64,000 nt of DNA from the NCBI RefSeq assembly GCF_018977255.1, contig NW_024704743.1, positions 52,020,001 through 52,084,000 on the forward strand. The letters are read 5' to 3'. Numbering within the stretch: the stretch's first letter is position 1; each line of letters starts with the position of its first letter. The notes beneath the pieces are model-generated. The model saw nothing but the letters and a program-made list of their open reading frames with translations, had not been told where the DNA came from and did no database searches. The position numbers and the translations under genes are program-made. This stretch comes from Callorhinchus milii. Lineage: Eukaryota. This document shows positions 63,601 through 64,000 of the stretch, in pieces.

Positions 63601-64000
63601 TAAAATATCAGGAAACTGACCACATAAAGTTGGACATAGGTTAAGGAATTCAGATTTTGAAAATCACAAGAAAAATGAAGGGAGGGAAAAAAACTAACAT
63701 TGTGGCACTAGGGAGCGTCACAGAATTGTCCTGACAATGCTGTGCTCACAGTTTTGCGCTCAATACATTACATCAATGCCATTAAGTAAAGGTTTTGAGT
63801 AGAGGCCACCTGGTGCACAGAAGAAGAGTAATATGCAGTCACAAACCTTCCGATGTCTGGTTACTGAGTGGCATTGGTAGAGCACAGAAAGCTGCTGCCA
63901 TCAGTCATGGGCAGAGCATGGTGTGGGACACAGGAAGACCAAAAGAGGGGACGAGGAAAAAATGTAAAACAACTTATGAGAAATAAATAATTTACATTCA

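Overview
Eukaryotic, vertebrate-type non-coding DNA: AT-rich, CpG-depleted, with no operons or long intact ORFs. The repeat set suggests a cartilaginous fish, possibly a holocephalan such as Callorhinchus (inference). It comprises many 5'-truncated L2-clade LINE fragments with (TTG)n tails, tRNA-derived SINEs with (ATT)n tails, Deu-domain (SacSINE1/AmnSINE1-like) SINEs, degraded CR1 fragments and small hAT-type relics. Nearly every ORF in the track is an L2 reverse-transcriptase remnant, an antisense reading of one, or a chance ORF. I cannot name a host gene; the window looks like a long intron or gene desert with several repeat-free, enhancer-like blocks. The most notable non-routine signals are: a candidate recursive splice site with RS-exon (47728-47834) and several other plus-strand exon candidates; a 28S rRNA peptidyl-transferase-centre fragment (52861-52941); a diverged tandem pair of double-hairpin units (49645-49961); a 3' stem-loop shared between young SINEs and young L2 with an apparent loop swap; a small TIR element; and a palindromic motif family. 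No previously undescribed system can be established from sequence alone. Boundaries of degraded repeats are approximate.
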